This document shows positions 39,441-50,322 of a DNA stretch of 64,000 nucleotides, piece by piece. How positions within the stretch are numbered: position 1 is the stretch's first letter; every line of letters starts with the position of its first letter. Location: sequence record NC_048674.1, one strand, 5' to 3'. A model generated the notes under the pieces. It did no database searches, was not told the origin of the DNA, and saw only the letters and a list, made by a program, of their open reading frames with translations. The position numbers and the translations under genes were made by a program.

Positions 39441-40237
39441 TGTATAAATTATTTGTTACTTATAAAGACTTCAATATCAATCATGCAATTGTAGATTTTA
39501 AACAGTTTGCTGGTGGGGAATGGAACGTCAAACTTCCAAAAGATGTTATTGAATATGGGGCTTATGAGGCAGATACTGTTCGTGTTGATGCAAGTATCCA
39601 CGATGGCGATATCATGAAACTGGCGATCCTTACGGATGCACTTCACCGATTCTTCGGGACTGGTGTGCGATACGTTTTGGACCTATCCTATCTCCCTTAT
39701 GCTCGACAAGACCGAGTTATGGCAGTAGGTGAAAGCCTGTCTTTGCGTGTCTTTTGTGATTTTATTAACTCAATGAAATATGATTTGGTTTGTCTCACCG
39801 ATCCACATTCCGATGTAGCAACCGCATTGATCAATAACGTATTTGTTAACAAACAGTGTTGTTGGGGTTCTCAAGGGATTTCCCGTCGTAATTATGATGC
39901 TATTGTATCCCCAGATGCAGGTGCTCTGAAAAAGATTTATCCTCAAGCTCAAAGTGCGGGACTACCTGTAATTGAAGCCATGAAGACTCGTGACATCAAC
40001 ACTGGTGAAGTTAGCGAACCTCGTTTCAATGCTGACGTCAAAGGTAAGCGGTTGTTGATCGTAGACGATATTTGTGATGGTGGTCGTTCTTTCCTAAATC
40101 TTGGTAAAGTATTGAAAGAGTCTGGTGCGGTTCGAGTGGACCTGTTTGTTACCCATGGAATTTTTTCTTACAACGCCAAAGAAAACCTTGCACAGTACAT
40201 CGACAACGTATATACTCGTTTCGACTGGACAAAATAA
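39440..40237 (+). CDS. Ribose-phosphate pyrophosphokinase-like protein, probably Adps (ADPR-PP synthetase) of NARP1
   Basis: FAGGE, YLPYARQDRV, DPHS, SPDAGA.K, IVDDICDGGRSF, VTHG. Confidence 0.88.
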   Translation: MYKLFVTYKDFNINHAIVDFKQFAGGEWNVKLPKDVIEYGAYEADTVRVDASIHDGDIMKLAILTDALHRFFGTGVRYVLDLSYLPYARQDRVMAVGESLSLRVFCDFINSMKYDLVCLTDPHSDVATALINNVFVNKQCCWGSQGISRRNYDAIVSPDAGALKKIYPQAQSAGLPVIEAMKTRDINTGEVSEPRFNADVKGKRLLIVDDICDGGRSFLNLGKVLKESGAVRVDLFVTHGIFSYNAKENLAQYIDNVYTRFDWTK

Positions 40238-41577
40238 GGAACTAAACATGATGAGTATCGAAACTATGACCCAAATCATTAACTCCCGTATCGATGAACT
40301 TCTGGCTAACCAATCTGTTCAGGAAATGTTGATGCGAGAAAAGGCGAATGGGATGAACGAAGAAGGGATCAAGAATCTTGTTCATAATCTGGCTATCGGT
40401 ACTCTCTGTTTTGGAGAAAAGAAATGATTAATTCAATTACATATGTATTGAAGAAAGAAGACTGTCACGAATCATATCAACCTATCACTATCAAGATCAT
40501 TGGTGAAATTCCAATGGACGAAGTGAAAAAGGTACACCGGATTCGGATGTTTGACCGATATCATGACTGGTTCCGTTCGGAAGAAAATGATATCGAAATC
40601 ATTGATACTGGTCGTGATACTATCGGTGATTATAAATTCATCGAGTATGACCTTAAAGATGATAAAGTTTTGACAGTAGTTTTCTCTAAACTGGTAAACC
40701 ATGATCATATGGATGAATTTATTGGACGTATCATTCATAAACAACGTCTTGGTAGTTGTCGAGCAAAACGGGCTGGGTTTATTTGTGGTGAACGAAAGTT
40801 TGGGAAAAGTGAATCTCTTCGCATTGACTGTAATGGGAACAATTTTTGATGAATAAATGGCAAACACCCGGACGGGTTATGACAAAAATAATCGACCTTA
40901 CGCTCGAAAATATTGGATATAATATATCCGATTTGGTGGTACATTCTTACAAAGATGAAGGTGATTGCATTCTTGTAAACTTAGAGTTTAAGGAAGGTGG
41001 TGATCTGGTTGTTCAACGAACAAGGTTGGTGTTATGAGAATTTATTTTATTGGCAACATTCCTTATGTAGTGGAAAAAAGTGACTTTTCTGATTGTACCG
41101 ACCACCGCCACAGGTTCACTATGTCTAGCAATTATGTAGTAGACCATATCAAAGGTGTTTTTGTTTTCATCAAAAATCGCTATTCGTCAGAAAAAATCGT
41201 TTTGTTTTCCTTCGATAGTGTGGTAGAGTATATTCAACAGTTCGAAGAAGAACATGTTAGTAAATTCACCAGAATGGTAGGATTTGAAGATATTCCAAAA
41301 ATCATCAATGAACACCGCAAAAAATTTGCTTTTAAACCTAACGTGGTATCAATATACTACAAATCAGATAGACATCGGGTCGAATTTATGAGAGACCACC
41401 GAAATATTGGTTGGCTTACTGCAATTGATAATTTTGTGATGGATGGTCAGGTTTGTAAAATTTGTGATGATGGCTCTGTAAATTTTGTTGATGTTAAAAC
41501 AGAAACAACGTATTCTATGAGAAAAGATACGTTAGAAAAATACTTTACCCAAATTATGTAATAAGGAAAATGAGAAA

Positions 41578-43104
41578 ATGAAATATCCGCATATGTCCGT
41601 AGACTTCTACAAATGGGGTCACATCGATCAATACATCAACGGTACTGAACTTGTAATCTCCAACCTAACCCCTCGTTCTGACCGTCTGGCTAACACCATT
41701 CACGGCAACGGTAAGATGGTATTCTTCGGTCTGCAATACACCCTGCAATACATGGTGGAGCAATGGGATCAGAACTTCTTTAGCAAGTCTAAAGAGAAAG
41801 TAGTTAAGCGGTTCTCTCGTCGTGTCAAGAACTCCATCGGTAAAGACCACGGCGATACCATGATTAAAGCTCTTGGTGACCTTCATGACCTTGGTTATCT
41901 GCCAATTGAAGTGCGAGCAATCGAAGAGGGTAACTGGATTAACATGGGTATCCCTGCTTTCGTAGTGAGTAACACCAAGAAAGAGTTCTTCTGGCTGGTT
42001 AACTACCTCGAAACCTTCCTGAGTGCGATGGTATGGCCTATGAGCAACTCCGCTATGGTATCTGCTCAATACCGCAAGACCTCCAATAAGTGGGCTCCGA
42101 TGACTGGTGCAGACGACTTTTGGACTCTGATTGCTAACCACTGTTTCGCCGCTCGGGGTCATCGTGGTATCGAAGATGCTACCATCTCTGGTATGGGTCA
42201 ACTTCTGTTCAGTGCTGGTACTGACACCGGTTGGGCTATCGATTACATCGAAGACTATTACGGTGCTAATAGCGACGAGGAACTGATTGGTTGTTCTGTT
42301 AACGCCTTCGAACATGCTACCGCAACCCAACGTATCGCTTACTTCCGTGGTCTTGGTTTTGAACATGCAGAACGTGAAAGCCTCCGCCGTCTGTTCACAG
42401 AAACTTATCCGACCGGGATCCTGAGTTACGTTGCGGATAGTGAAGATTATTATCGTCTGTTGTCGGTTGACCTTCTGGCACTGAAAGACGAAATCGAAGC
42501 CCGTCAACCGGATTCAAACGGTCTGTGTAAGTTTGTAGTTCGCCCAGACAGTTCCCCCAAGACTCCTTACGAGGTGATCATGGGTGACCCGGAAGCAGAA
42601 GATGAGAACGAACGTAAAGGGTCTCTGCAAATCCTGTGGGATATTTTTGGTGGTACTGTGAACGAGAAGGGTTTCCGTGTTCTGAATCCGAAAGTTGGTA
42701 TCATCTACGGTGAAGCGATTGACGGTGAACTGCAAGAAAAGATCTATGCTGGTATGGCTGCTGCTGGCTGGTGTGTTTCCAACGTACTGATGGGTACTGG
42801 TAGTTGGGGTTTCCTCAAGAATGCTTCTCGCGATAGCTTCTCTATTGCAATCAAGGGTACTCACTCCATCGTTGATGGAATTGATATCTCCATGCAGAAG
42901 AACCCGAAAACTGCGTTGAACAGTAAGAAGTCCGCTCGGGGTCGTCTGCGGGTTGAGAAGGTTGATGGTGATTATGTTCTTTTCGAGAACCAAACCGCTG
43001 ATGAGTTCAACCAAGGCGAATTGAAACTTGCTTTCCGTGACGGTAAGATTGTTAACTTCCAAATCTGGAAAGACATCCAAGCTCGTGCGCTGGCTGGTCT
43101 GTAA
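41578..43104 (+). CDS. Nicotinamide phosphoribosyltransferase-like protein, probably Namat of NARP1
   Basis: DFYKWGH, SNLTPRS, FFGLQY, VNAFEHA, SYVADS, VVRPDS, IIYGE, K.PKT...KKSARG. Confidence 0.93.
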   Translation: MKYPHMSVDFYKWGHIDQYINGTELVISNLTPRSDRLANTIHGNGKMVFFGLQYTLQYMVEQWDQNFFSKSKEKVVKRFSRRVKNSIGKDHGDTMIKALGDLHDLGYLPIEVRAIEEGNWINMGIPAFVVSNTKKEFFWLVNYLETFLSAMVWPMSNSAMVSAQYRKTSNKWAPMTGADDFWTLIANHCFAARGHRGIEDATISGMGQLLFSAGTDTGWAIDYIEDYYGANSDEELIGCSVNAFEHATATQRIAYFRGLGFEHAERESLRRLFTETYPTGILSYVADSEDYYRLLSVDLLALKDEIEARQPDSNGLCKFVVRPDSSPKTPYEVIMGDPEAEDENERKGSLQILWDIFGGTVNEKGFRVLNPKVGIIYGEAIDGELQEKIYAGMAAAGWCVSNVLMGTGSWGFLKNASRDSFSIAIKGTHSIVDGIDISMQKNPKTALNSKKSARGRLRVEKVDGDYVLFENQTADEFNQGELKLAFRDGKIVNFQIWKDIQARALAGL

Positions 43105-43163
43105 AAATAGAAAGGGGTTGCGTATTGCAACCCCAACACAACTAAACTAAAAAGGTTAATACA

Positions 43164-43451
43164 ATGGCTAAGATGAATAAAGAACAAACTGCAAAATTTA
43201 ATTCACTGTTTGAAGATACCCTGAATTGGGGCGATGGTAGTACTTGTACTGGGTTGTTTGATTGTCTGGGTGGTCCAAACCTCGGTTATCTGGCGACTGA
43301 GATAGACGGGGACGATTTGCAGATTTTTGAATTTACTGGTTCTTACTGGGAATTCTTGGGTTCTATGCCTATTAACTCAAAGACAAAAGCGAAGTTCAAA
43401 AAGATTGTTCTCCATCTGATGGATAAAGATTTCGATACTCTGGAATTTTAA
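43164..43451 (+). CDS. Hypothetical protein
   Basis: AAGG SD; ends at a hairpin. Confidence 0.55.
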   Translation: MAKMNKEQTAKFNSLFEDTLNWGDGSTCTGLFDCLGGPNLGYLATEIDGDDLQIFEFTGSYWEFLGSMPINSKTKAKFKKIVLHLMDKDFDTLEF

Positions 43452-43454
43452 ATG

Positions 43455-43493
43455 AAAAAGGGGTTGACTTGGGTCAGCCCTTTTTGTTATTAT
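43455..43493 (+). promoter_or_regulatory. Terminator hairpin overlapping an early promoter
   Basis: AAAAAGGGGTTGAC-TTGG-GTCAGCCCTTTTT containing TTGACT, then TATTAT at 18 bp. Confidence 0.7.
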
Positions 43494-43524
43494 ACACCCA
43501 CATAATGTTGTAGGGGATTTTTAA

Positions 43525-44505
43525 ATGCTTGGTACTGTATGTATGACTGGTATTTTCGATAAGTCTAAATCAACTTTTACCGCTCATAAAGATACAAAAA
43601 TGGGTACGGTTACCAGAAAAAGTATGATGCAGATATGTGGGATTGACGACCCGTCACTCCTTACATTGGATGTGGTATCTAAAAATTCTATTAAACTAAA
43701 GGCAAAGCTGATGCCTAAAGTTAAACAAAATCTAAATGCTTTGTACAACCAACTGGTTTTTGTGTCTGGTATGCCAACTGAATGTCATGCTCTGCGGATT
43801 AGTTCAGATCTACTTCCGTTGTTTGACCACCCAGTGTTAGGGTCTCTTTACGATGTGGATATGTTATCCGCTGTGGACATGTTGCTAAATCGTTGCAAAA
43901 AAGTAATAGATTCAAACGGTATCGTGATATCTACTCACCCGGACCAGTTTGTTATCATCAATTCTGTCGGTGAAGATACCAGAAATCAATCTTTTGCTAC
44001 CCTCATGTATCACAAATATTTTATGGAACGGTTGACTACATCAGATAAATCTTGTATTAATATTCATCTTGAAGGCAACTTAGATCATCTCCCAGAACTT
44101 GATAATGGTCAATATTCGGATCTTATTCCTTGGCTCTCATTTGAGAATAGCGATAAAAACGGTAAGATCTTCACGGGGGACACTCAAAATACGTTGCTTA
44201 TTTGTGAAAAATATGGTATAAAAATGTTGTATGACTGTCATCACCATCTTGTTATGACCGGTGAATTTTTGGATGTTGATTCATCTACGTTTGAACGAAT
44301 CCTTTCCACTTGGAGAAACCAAAAACCGTTTTTCCACGTTTCACAAAGCCGTGAAGTAGACAAAGTATCCCGCGCACATAGCGATTATATTGATGATCCT
44401 ATGGTCATCCAACAAGCTAAAATCCTGTCTGGTTTGGGTTGTCTAGAAGTTGAAGCGAAAGCAAAAACATCTGCTGTACTGGATTTATTTTCAAAAATTG
44501 GTTGA
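43525..44505 (+). CDS. uvsE: UV-damage endonuclease (UVDE/UvsE family)
   Basis: RISSDLLP, STHPDQF..INS, NIH, EN.DK, YDCHHH, HVSQS, AHSDYI, EVEAKAK. Confidence 0.9.
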   Translation: MLGTVCMTGIFDKSKSTFTAHKDTKMGTVTRKSMMQICGIDDPSLLTLDVVSKNSIKLKAKLMPKVKQNLNALYNQLVFVSGMPTECHALRISSDLLPLFDHPVLGSLYDVDMLSAVDMLLNRCKKVIDSNGIVISTHPDQFVIINSVGEDTRNQSFATLMYHKYFMERLTTSDKSCINIHLEGNLDHLPELDNGQYSDLIPWLSFENSDKNGKIFTGDTQNTLLICEKYGIKMLYDCHHHLVMTGEFLDVDSSTFERILSTWRNQKPFFHVSQSREVDKVSRAHSDYIDDPMVIQQAKILSGLGCLEVEAKAKTSAVLDLFSKIG

Positions 44506-44651
44506 TTTCACGTCCCAACTTTTGTAATATAGCCCATGAAGAAACAAGAAGGAGGCTGTCATGTTAATCAAAAACTCAAATGAATGACGGTTCTTATGGT
44601 GTAAAAGAAAAAGTTTCTGTTGGTATTCGCAAATCTTATGAGGATTAAGAT

Positions 44652-44874
44652 CATGATGTATAAGTTCAAATCAGAAGAAGCTATGAACCAATTTGTTTCT
44701 GAAATGCCGTGTACAGATCAACACAACCTACTGCTTGCTGGTATTGTTGGTCTAGACCCTTTCCGTGTTCATGACGAACCAGCATATAAAGATTTGGGTG
44801 GATTTTGGGTTAGTAAAGGTGGACAAGATTTCTTCATCACCGACTATGAAAAACAATTCTTGGTGAGGGTATAA
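44652..44874 (+). CDS. Small protein, Y(K/R)F(K/R)S family
   Basis: MMYKFKSEEAMNQF. Confidence 0.55.
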
Positions 44875-45743
44875 TTATGATTGAAGTAGGTAAAAAGTAT
44901 CGGATCACAACACCGGTTAGTGAGAGACATATCGTTGGTATTGGTGACGTTATCGAAGTGTATCACGTTGGTTGGCTTGGTGTAAAAGCATTTGGTATAA
45001 GTAAAGACCAAGATGGAGACATATACGACGGTTTCCTTTTGTTTGATGTTCCGGGTGGATATTCTAAAGATGAATATTTCAAACTTGTAGAAGAATGCTT
45101 GGAGGAAGTAGAATGAAAAAGTTAGGCCATCAATCAGATAGAGAAAAGATTTTGAATCGTACCTTTAAAATGTATGTTCGGAAAGGTCGATATACCAAGG
45201 AAGATTTCCATTCTTTCTGTCATTTTGCAAAAGGGAAATCTGAATACACTCTTCTTAACCTTCTGGGGGTTTAAAATGGAACTGAATTATATTTATGCAG
45301 ATAAACTTATCTTGACTAACGTTCGATACGACTATGATTATACATCATATCCATGGAGAGCCTTCCAATCCGATGGTTATTCTTTGTTGGTGTATAAGAA
45401 AGGTGATATTGTTTACTCCATGGAAATCGTTGATAAAGACGTTTATCGGGATAGTATGTATTTTGGGTTTAAATGTGATAACTACTGCTCGAACAATCCA
45501 AGTATTTATCTATTTGACGTAACTAAAATGGATATGAGTATTCAACCATGAGAAATATGACAAAGCAAGAGATCCGAGAGAATTTGATTCGTTGTGTGGG
45601 TGTCGATAATAAGAAACATCGATGCTTACCATGGGAGGATAATTGTCTTTGTGGTATCCGGGTTAAGATCAAAAATCCTAATGAAAAACAAGAAAGTAAG
45701 TACGAATTTTCTTGTTATGAATGTACTTATTAAGAGGTAAAAG

Positions 45744-46289
45744 ATGATTAGTTTAGTTTTTGCGGTTGGTGAACAAGGGCAATTCGGGCATTGTGGTACT
45801 ATGCCTTGGCCCCATATCCGAGAAGATATGCAGAAATTCAAAGACGTAACTTCCAAAAAAGTTCTGATTATGGGTCGTGGGACGTTTGAATCTCTTCCAA
45901 GTAAACTTAAAGACCGTATGCATATTGTGTTATCATCTAATCCTGATTCAGTCACTAAGAGTGGTGAGGGTCCGGATGTTATCTCCGATGATATGGGGTT
46001 GATCAATCAGATGATTGAAGATAACCCAGAAACTGATTTTTGTGTGATTGGTGGCCCGAGTATGCTTTATCATTTCATGTCTTCTGGAATGGTTGATGAA
46101 GCCCATGTAACCGTTATATCCTGCGCTACAATGCCATCTAAACAATTCTGTGACGTAAACCTCGATATGGGTTTGGTCAAGGAAATCTCAAGCACTATGT
46201 GTATCATGGATAGTCAGGTACTTACCACTAAAGAGGGGCTGAGTGTTGTATATACTCATTTCAAAAAATTCAAAAAGGAAAGTAAATGA
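45744..46289 (+). CDS. frd: Dihydrofolate reductase
   Basis: MPWP...EDM..FK, IMGRGTFESLP..L..R..IVLS, VIGG. Confidence 0.95.
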   Translation: MISLVFAVGEQGQFGHCGTMPWPHIREDMQKFKDVTSKKVLIMGRGTFESLPSKLKDRMHIVLSSNPDSVTKSGEGPDVISDDMGLINQMIEDNPETDFCVIGGPSMLYHFMSSGMVDEAHVTVISCATMPSKQFCDVNLDMGLVKEISSTMCIMDSQVLTTKEGLSVVYTHFKKFKKESK

Positions 46290-46589
46290 ATATCAATGAA
46301 CTAATTGAAAAAGAAAATCCTACTGTTGAAGAATCCATTTTTGTGCAGAATTTTATGATCGACGCAATGGTTAAACAGTTGGAACACCAGCGAGAAACAA
46401 TCAAGACACACGAAGCCACAATTCAAAGTCTGGTTGAATTCAATTCTGAATATAGGGATGCAATTACCCAGATTCAAATTGCCTATCAAGATCTGTGTCG
46501 TCAGTTTGATGTAGTTAAGCAAGCGTCTGTTGACCTTGGTGGTGGTTATCAGTCTTCCGATTCGGGGATTGTATTCAGGTAATTGAATT

Positions 46590-47240
46590 ATGTTAGATAT
46601 AGAAACTATAAAGCTTATAAGATCAATTATAAATTTTGGTAAATCGTCTTTGGATACTTTAACTGAAATAGTAAAGAATGAAGAAGCCGATTTGGATAAT
46701 AAAATCGAAACTATATCCGTTAAACTCTCAAAAATACCGTTAGATGACGATGATTTTTCTAGGTATCAGGTAATTGTTAAATCTAATGGTATGTTCGGTT
46801 CTGTCAATGTTGGTATTAGAATTAATGGACGAGGTGGTGATGAATACAAAAAACATGATGGGTGGATAACAGATATAGAATCTTTCAGTCAAGGTATATG
46901 GAATCCTATAAAGGTAGACCCTAGCGGTTATCCAGTAAAAATAGTTAAAATACTAGGCCCACATTATAAATACGAAACCACCGAAGGGAGGTATTTTAAA
47001 ACGGACCTAGATGATAATGGAAAACATATAGAAAATAGCTGTGTCGTTGTTAATGACGGTCAAAAAATAGTAGACAATGCTAATGTCGCTAGGAGACCAT
47101 TATATTTTCATCTAGACGGAAGAAAAGAACAGTTTGAAAATTTCACAATGGAAATATCAATAAAAACCCCAATACCATTTAAAGAAAAAATGGTTAGGAA
47201 AGTTTATAGTTTCCAGAAAAACGACTGGATAAAAGAATAA
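46590..47240 (+). CDS. Hypothetical AT-rich protein inserted between frd and td
   Basis: 216-aa ORF rich in ATA/AGA codons. Confidence 0.6.
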   Translation: MLDIETIKLIRSIINFGKSSLDTLTEIVKNEEADLDNKIETISVKLSKIPLDDDDFSRYQVIVKSNGMFGSVNVGIRINGRGGDEYKKHDGWITDIESFSQGIWNPIKVDPSGYPVKIVKILGPHYKYETTEGRYFKTDLDDNGKHIENSCVVVNDGQKIVDNANVARRPLYFHLDGRKEQFENFTMEISIKTPIPFKEKMVRKVYSFQKNDWIKE

Positions 47241-47267
47241 CTTCTTTTTCATTATTAATGAGGTTTT

Positions 47268-48122
47268 ATGAAATACGAAAGTGAATATTTCGACCTAGTT
47301 AAACGAGTATACAACTCTGGTCACGACATCTTTAACTCCCGTACTGGATATGTTTGTCGAACTATCCCAACTCATGTTATGGTTTATGACCGTTGTCCGA
47401 TGATTTCTCATAAACATGTTTTCTTCAAGATGTTTATCGCTGAGTTTGTTGGTTATCTGAGAGGATATACAAGCGCAAAGCAATTTCGTGATCTCGGAAC
47501 TCGTACATGGGATGCCAACGCAAATGAGACCAAAGCATGGTTAGCCAATCCAAACCGACTGGGTGAGGATGATATGGGTAATGTCTATGGTGCAATCGCC
47601 CGTGACTTTGGTAACATGGGTGGGGAATACGACCTACTCTGGGATGTGTATGAAGATCTAAAAGCTGGTATTGATAATCGCGGTGAGATCATTACCTTTT
47701 GGGATCCTTCTCGGTTCGAAGAAGGTTGTTTGCGTCCTTGTATGATGATGCACCAGTTCCAGCTTATCGGTGATACCCTTCATCTCACGTCGTATCAACG
47801 TAGCACTGACATCCTTCTAGGTGGCCCCGCCAATATGCTCCAAGCATGGTTTTTCCTAGAACTGATGGCTAAGATTACTGGTCATAAGGTTGGGAAGGTT
47901 ACCCATGTTATGAACAACGTTCACATTTACGAAAATCAATTTGCTGCATGTGAAGAGTTTTTGAAACGAGAACCACACCCACTCAACAACCCTGTGTTGG
48001 TGTTTGACGATAAATGTGTTGATCTGAACTATGTACTTGATGAAAAGAACAAAGTTTACGATATTGTAACAATTGATGGTTATCTTCATAACGGAAAACT
48101 AGATATTCCGTTTGCTGCTTAA
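47268..48122 (+). CDS. td: Thymidylate synthase (ThyA)
   Basis: LRPC, HQF, YQRSTD..LG.P.N, VHIYENQ. No intron. Confidence 0.96.
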   Translation: MKYESEYFDLVKRVYNSGHDIFNSRTGYVCRTIPTHVMVYDRCPMISHKHVFFKMFIAEFVGYLRGYTSAKQFRDLGTRTWDANANETKAWLANPNRLGEDDMGNVYGAIARDFGNMGGEYDLLWDVYEDLKAGIDNRGEIITFWDPSRFEEGCLRPCMMMHQFQLIGDTLHLTSYQRSTDILLGGPANMLQAWFFLELMAKITGHKVGKVTHVMNNVHIYENQFAACEEFLKREPHPLNNPVLVFDDKCVDLNYVLDEKNKVYDIVTIDGYLHNGKLDIPFAA

Positions 48123-48128
48123 AAATCT

Positions 48129-48168
48129 AGCCGAAAGTGTTGACACGCTTTCGGCTTTTCTGTATCTT
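48129..48168 (+). promoter_or_regulatory. Terminator hairpin with -35 TTGACA in its loop
   Basis: AGCCGAAAG-TGTTGACACG-CTTTCGGCT then TTT; TTGACA-17-TATCTT. Confidence 0.75.
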
Positions 48169-48530
48169 ATGTGTATAGAAAAACAAGGAGCCATATCATG
48201 AAAATTAATGTAAACACGGTCACCCTAATAGTTTCACTCAATAAGAAGAATGGTGATGTTGAGAACTGGATCTTCCCAACCCACTATGATAAGTCTTCGA
48301 TCTATTCTTCCATTTCATACATGGAAAACAAATACGATAAACCCGTTGAGGTTTATCATTTCCAGAATTGCTATCCTGATGGGTTGATGAGTTCGTGGGA
48401 TGGATGTACACCAGAACAAAAAACCGGTTGGATAAAGGGTAATCTTAAAAATATGGTGTATAGCACCAAAAAAGGATTTACTAAGTACGGTAAATCTATT
48501 ATTGTTGAACCAGTTTACGACGAGGAATAA

Positions 48531-49194
48531 AATGTACACACAACTCCATAAAGATACTGCGGACTATTTTGGTTATCCGATCTGTCTATCTCTTGCTATG
48601 GCTGGTATCAAAAGTATGATGAACCATGAATCGTCTTACGTTCGAGCGATAGAATCAAAACTAAAATCAGTAAACCGCGCTCCAATTTTCAGTCTATGGG
48701 ATTATGATTTTATCATCACACAAACAGATTCTGGGAAGCGAATTCTCAATATTTTAAACAAAAATATTACACCCGCATATATCGGGGTAATTGACCTCGG
48801 ACATTGTTGGAAAGTTAACCTAAGCGAGTTGGTTGAAGTAGCATCCGACCTTTACAAGACATTGGTTGATGTGGAATTCGACCATAAGAAATATTTTATT
48901 AAATCCTTCGTACCAGATGCACATTTTGAGATGACTGAGTTCTTTTTAGCAACCAAAGTCTGGTCTTTGAAATTGGGTTCAGAAAATACCTTTTACGCGA
49001 ATTTCTACTTTTGTCATAACATTAGGATGAGTATTTCCACTGAATTTTATAATCCACCTTTAATCACAGATTGGTTTACTGGTACTGTTGGGAGTAAAGA
49101 AATGACACGATGGACTGATTGGTATAAATTCGAATCTTTGGAAACCAAGTTAAAGCGCCATTCAGCGATCCTTGCCGAGCAGGTTCTTGTATGA
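48531..49194 (+). CDS. Hypothetical protein
   Basis: GAGGA SD; ~220 aa. Confidence 0.6.
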
Positions 49195-49664
49195 GATATG
49201 TTTTCTTAGATGTAGATGGGCCTTTGAATAACTACGAAACTTCGGAGGTTACCCACACAAACCAAACGTCGTCATATGTCTCGTCAGAAGCGGTATGGGA
49301 GGTTGTTGATGGAATCATATACCTTATATGCCCATGGATGTTAAACAACCTGTACGACGTTCTGAGAGCTTATGACGACGTTAAACTAATAGGGATCTCT
49401 TCTTGGTTTCGGGGTGGTGATGTCTGTTGTGTTGGTTCTACCGTTTTCACTGAAATCACTGGTCTTAAACTGGATGGGGTGATTGATTATACAGGTGGTG
49501 GTGAATATCGGTTTACTTGTGCAGAAGAGTATGCTAAAGTTAGGGGTGTTGAGAAATACGTTATTATTGATGACCTTCGATATGATCATAGTCATTTGGT
49601 GAAGATCCATAGAGAGGGGTTGTCTTCTGAAAAAGCCAAAGAGGCTATAAGGATGCTAAAATGA
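49191..49664 (+). CDS. HAD-superfamily phosphatase (RNA-repair-associated HAD type)
   Basis: YVFLDVDGPLN, ISSW, YVIIDD. Confidence 0.78.
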   Translation: MRYVFLDVDGPLNNYETSEVTHTNQTSSYVSSEAVWEVVDGIIYLICPWMLNNLYDVLRAYDDVKLIGISSWFRGGDVCCVGSTVFTEITGLKLDGVIDYTGGGEYRFTCAEEYAKVRGVEKYVIIDDLRYDHSHLVKIHREGLSSEKAKEAIRMLK

Positions 49665-50322
49665 AATTTTCAAGAGAGTCTGGTGAATATAGTGTGGAAT
49701 CAAGGGATATACTCCCTATTATTGATGAGCACGTTCGAACCAGAATGGAAAAGCACAAATCGGAATTGAACGCCATTGAGGACAATGAAAAATTTGTCAT
49801 CGAGTTATCAAAACTATTTTATATCTATAAACCAACCGATCAGGTTATAGATGAAATTAGCGATGAAGTATTAAAATTATACCCGAATGTTAACGTTGAT
49901 GATTTGTATTATTGGATTTATGAACAATATACTTTGGAATTGGTAAATTTTAATATTTCCACTCGGTTGTTTCGTCGCTCTGATATTAGGAATAAAAAGA
50001 AAAATGATTTATCATGATACTGAAAAATGTTGTATGAATGAAAATGGAATGATTATTGCTAAAATCATGGAGGAACGTATAGTTTCTGCTTTGTCTATTT
50101 TCGACAACCTACCTAAGAACGAAATAGAGGAACCGTTGCAGGCGGCTTTTTATGATTTAACACGTAGTGGTTACATTCAGGAAATTTATCATTCTGAATT
50201 TTGTAAATTACAAGATGTCGAGATTCCTCTGACCCAATCAATTCGCCATGAGATCCATTTAATCTATACCTCATGTCTCAATTATCAGATCGTGAAATAT
50301 AAGATGTGTAGAAGTTTTAAGG

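Noticed and set aside
47268-48122. dCMP hydroxymethylase or intron-containing td
   Set aside because: It retains the ThyA Asn in the G.P.N motif and the ORF is continuous.
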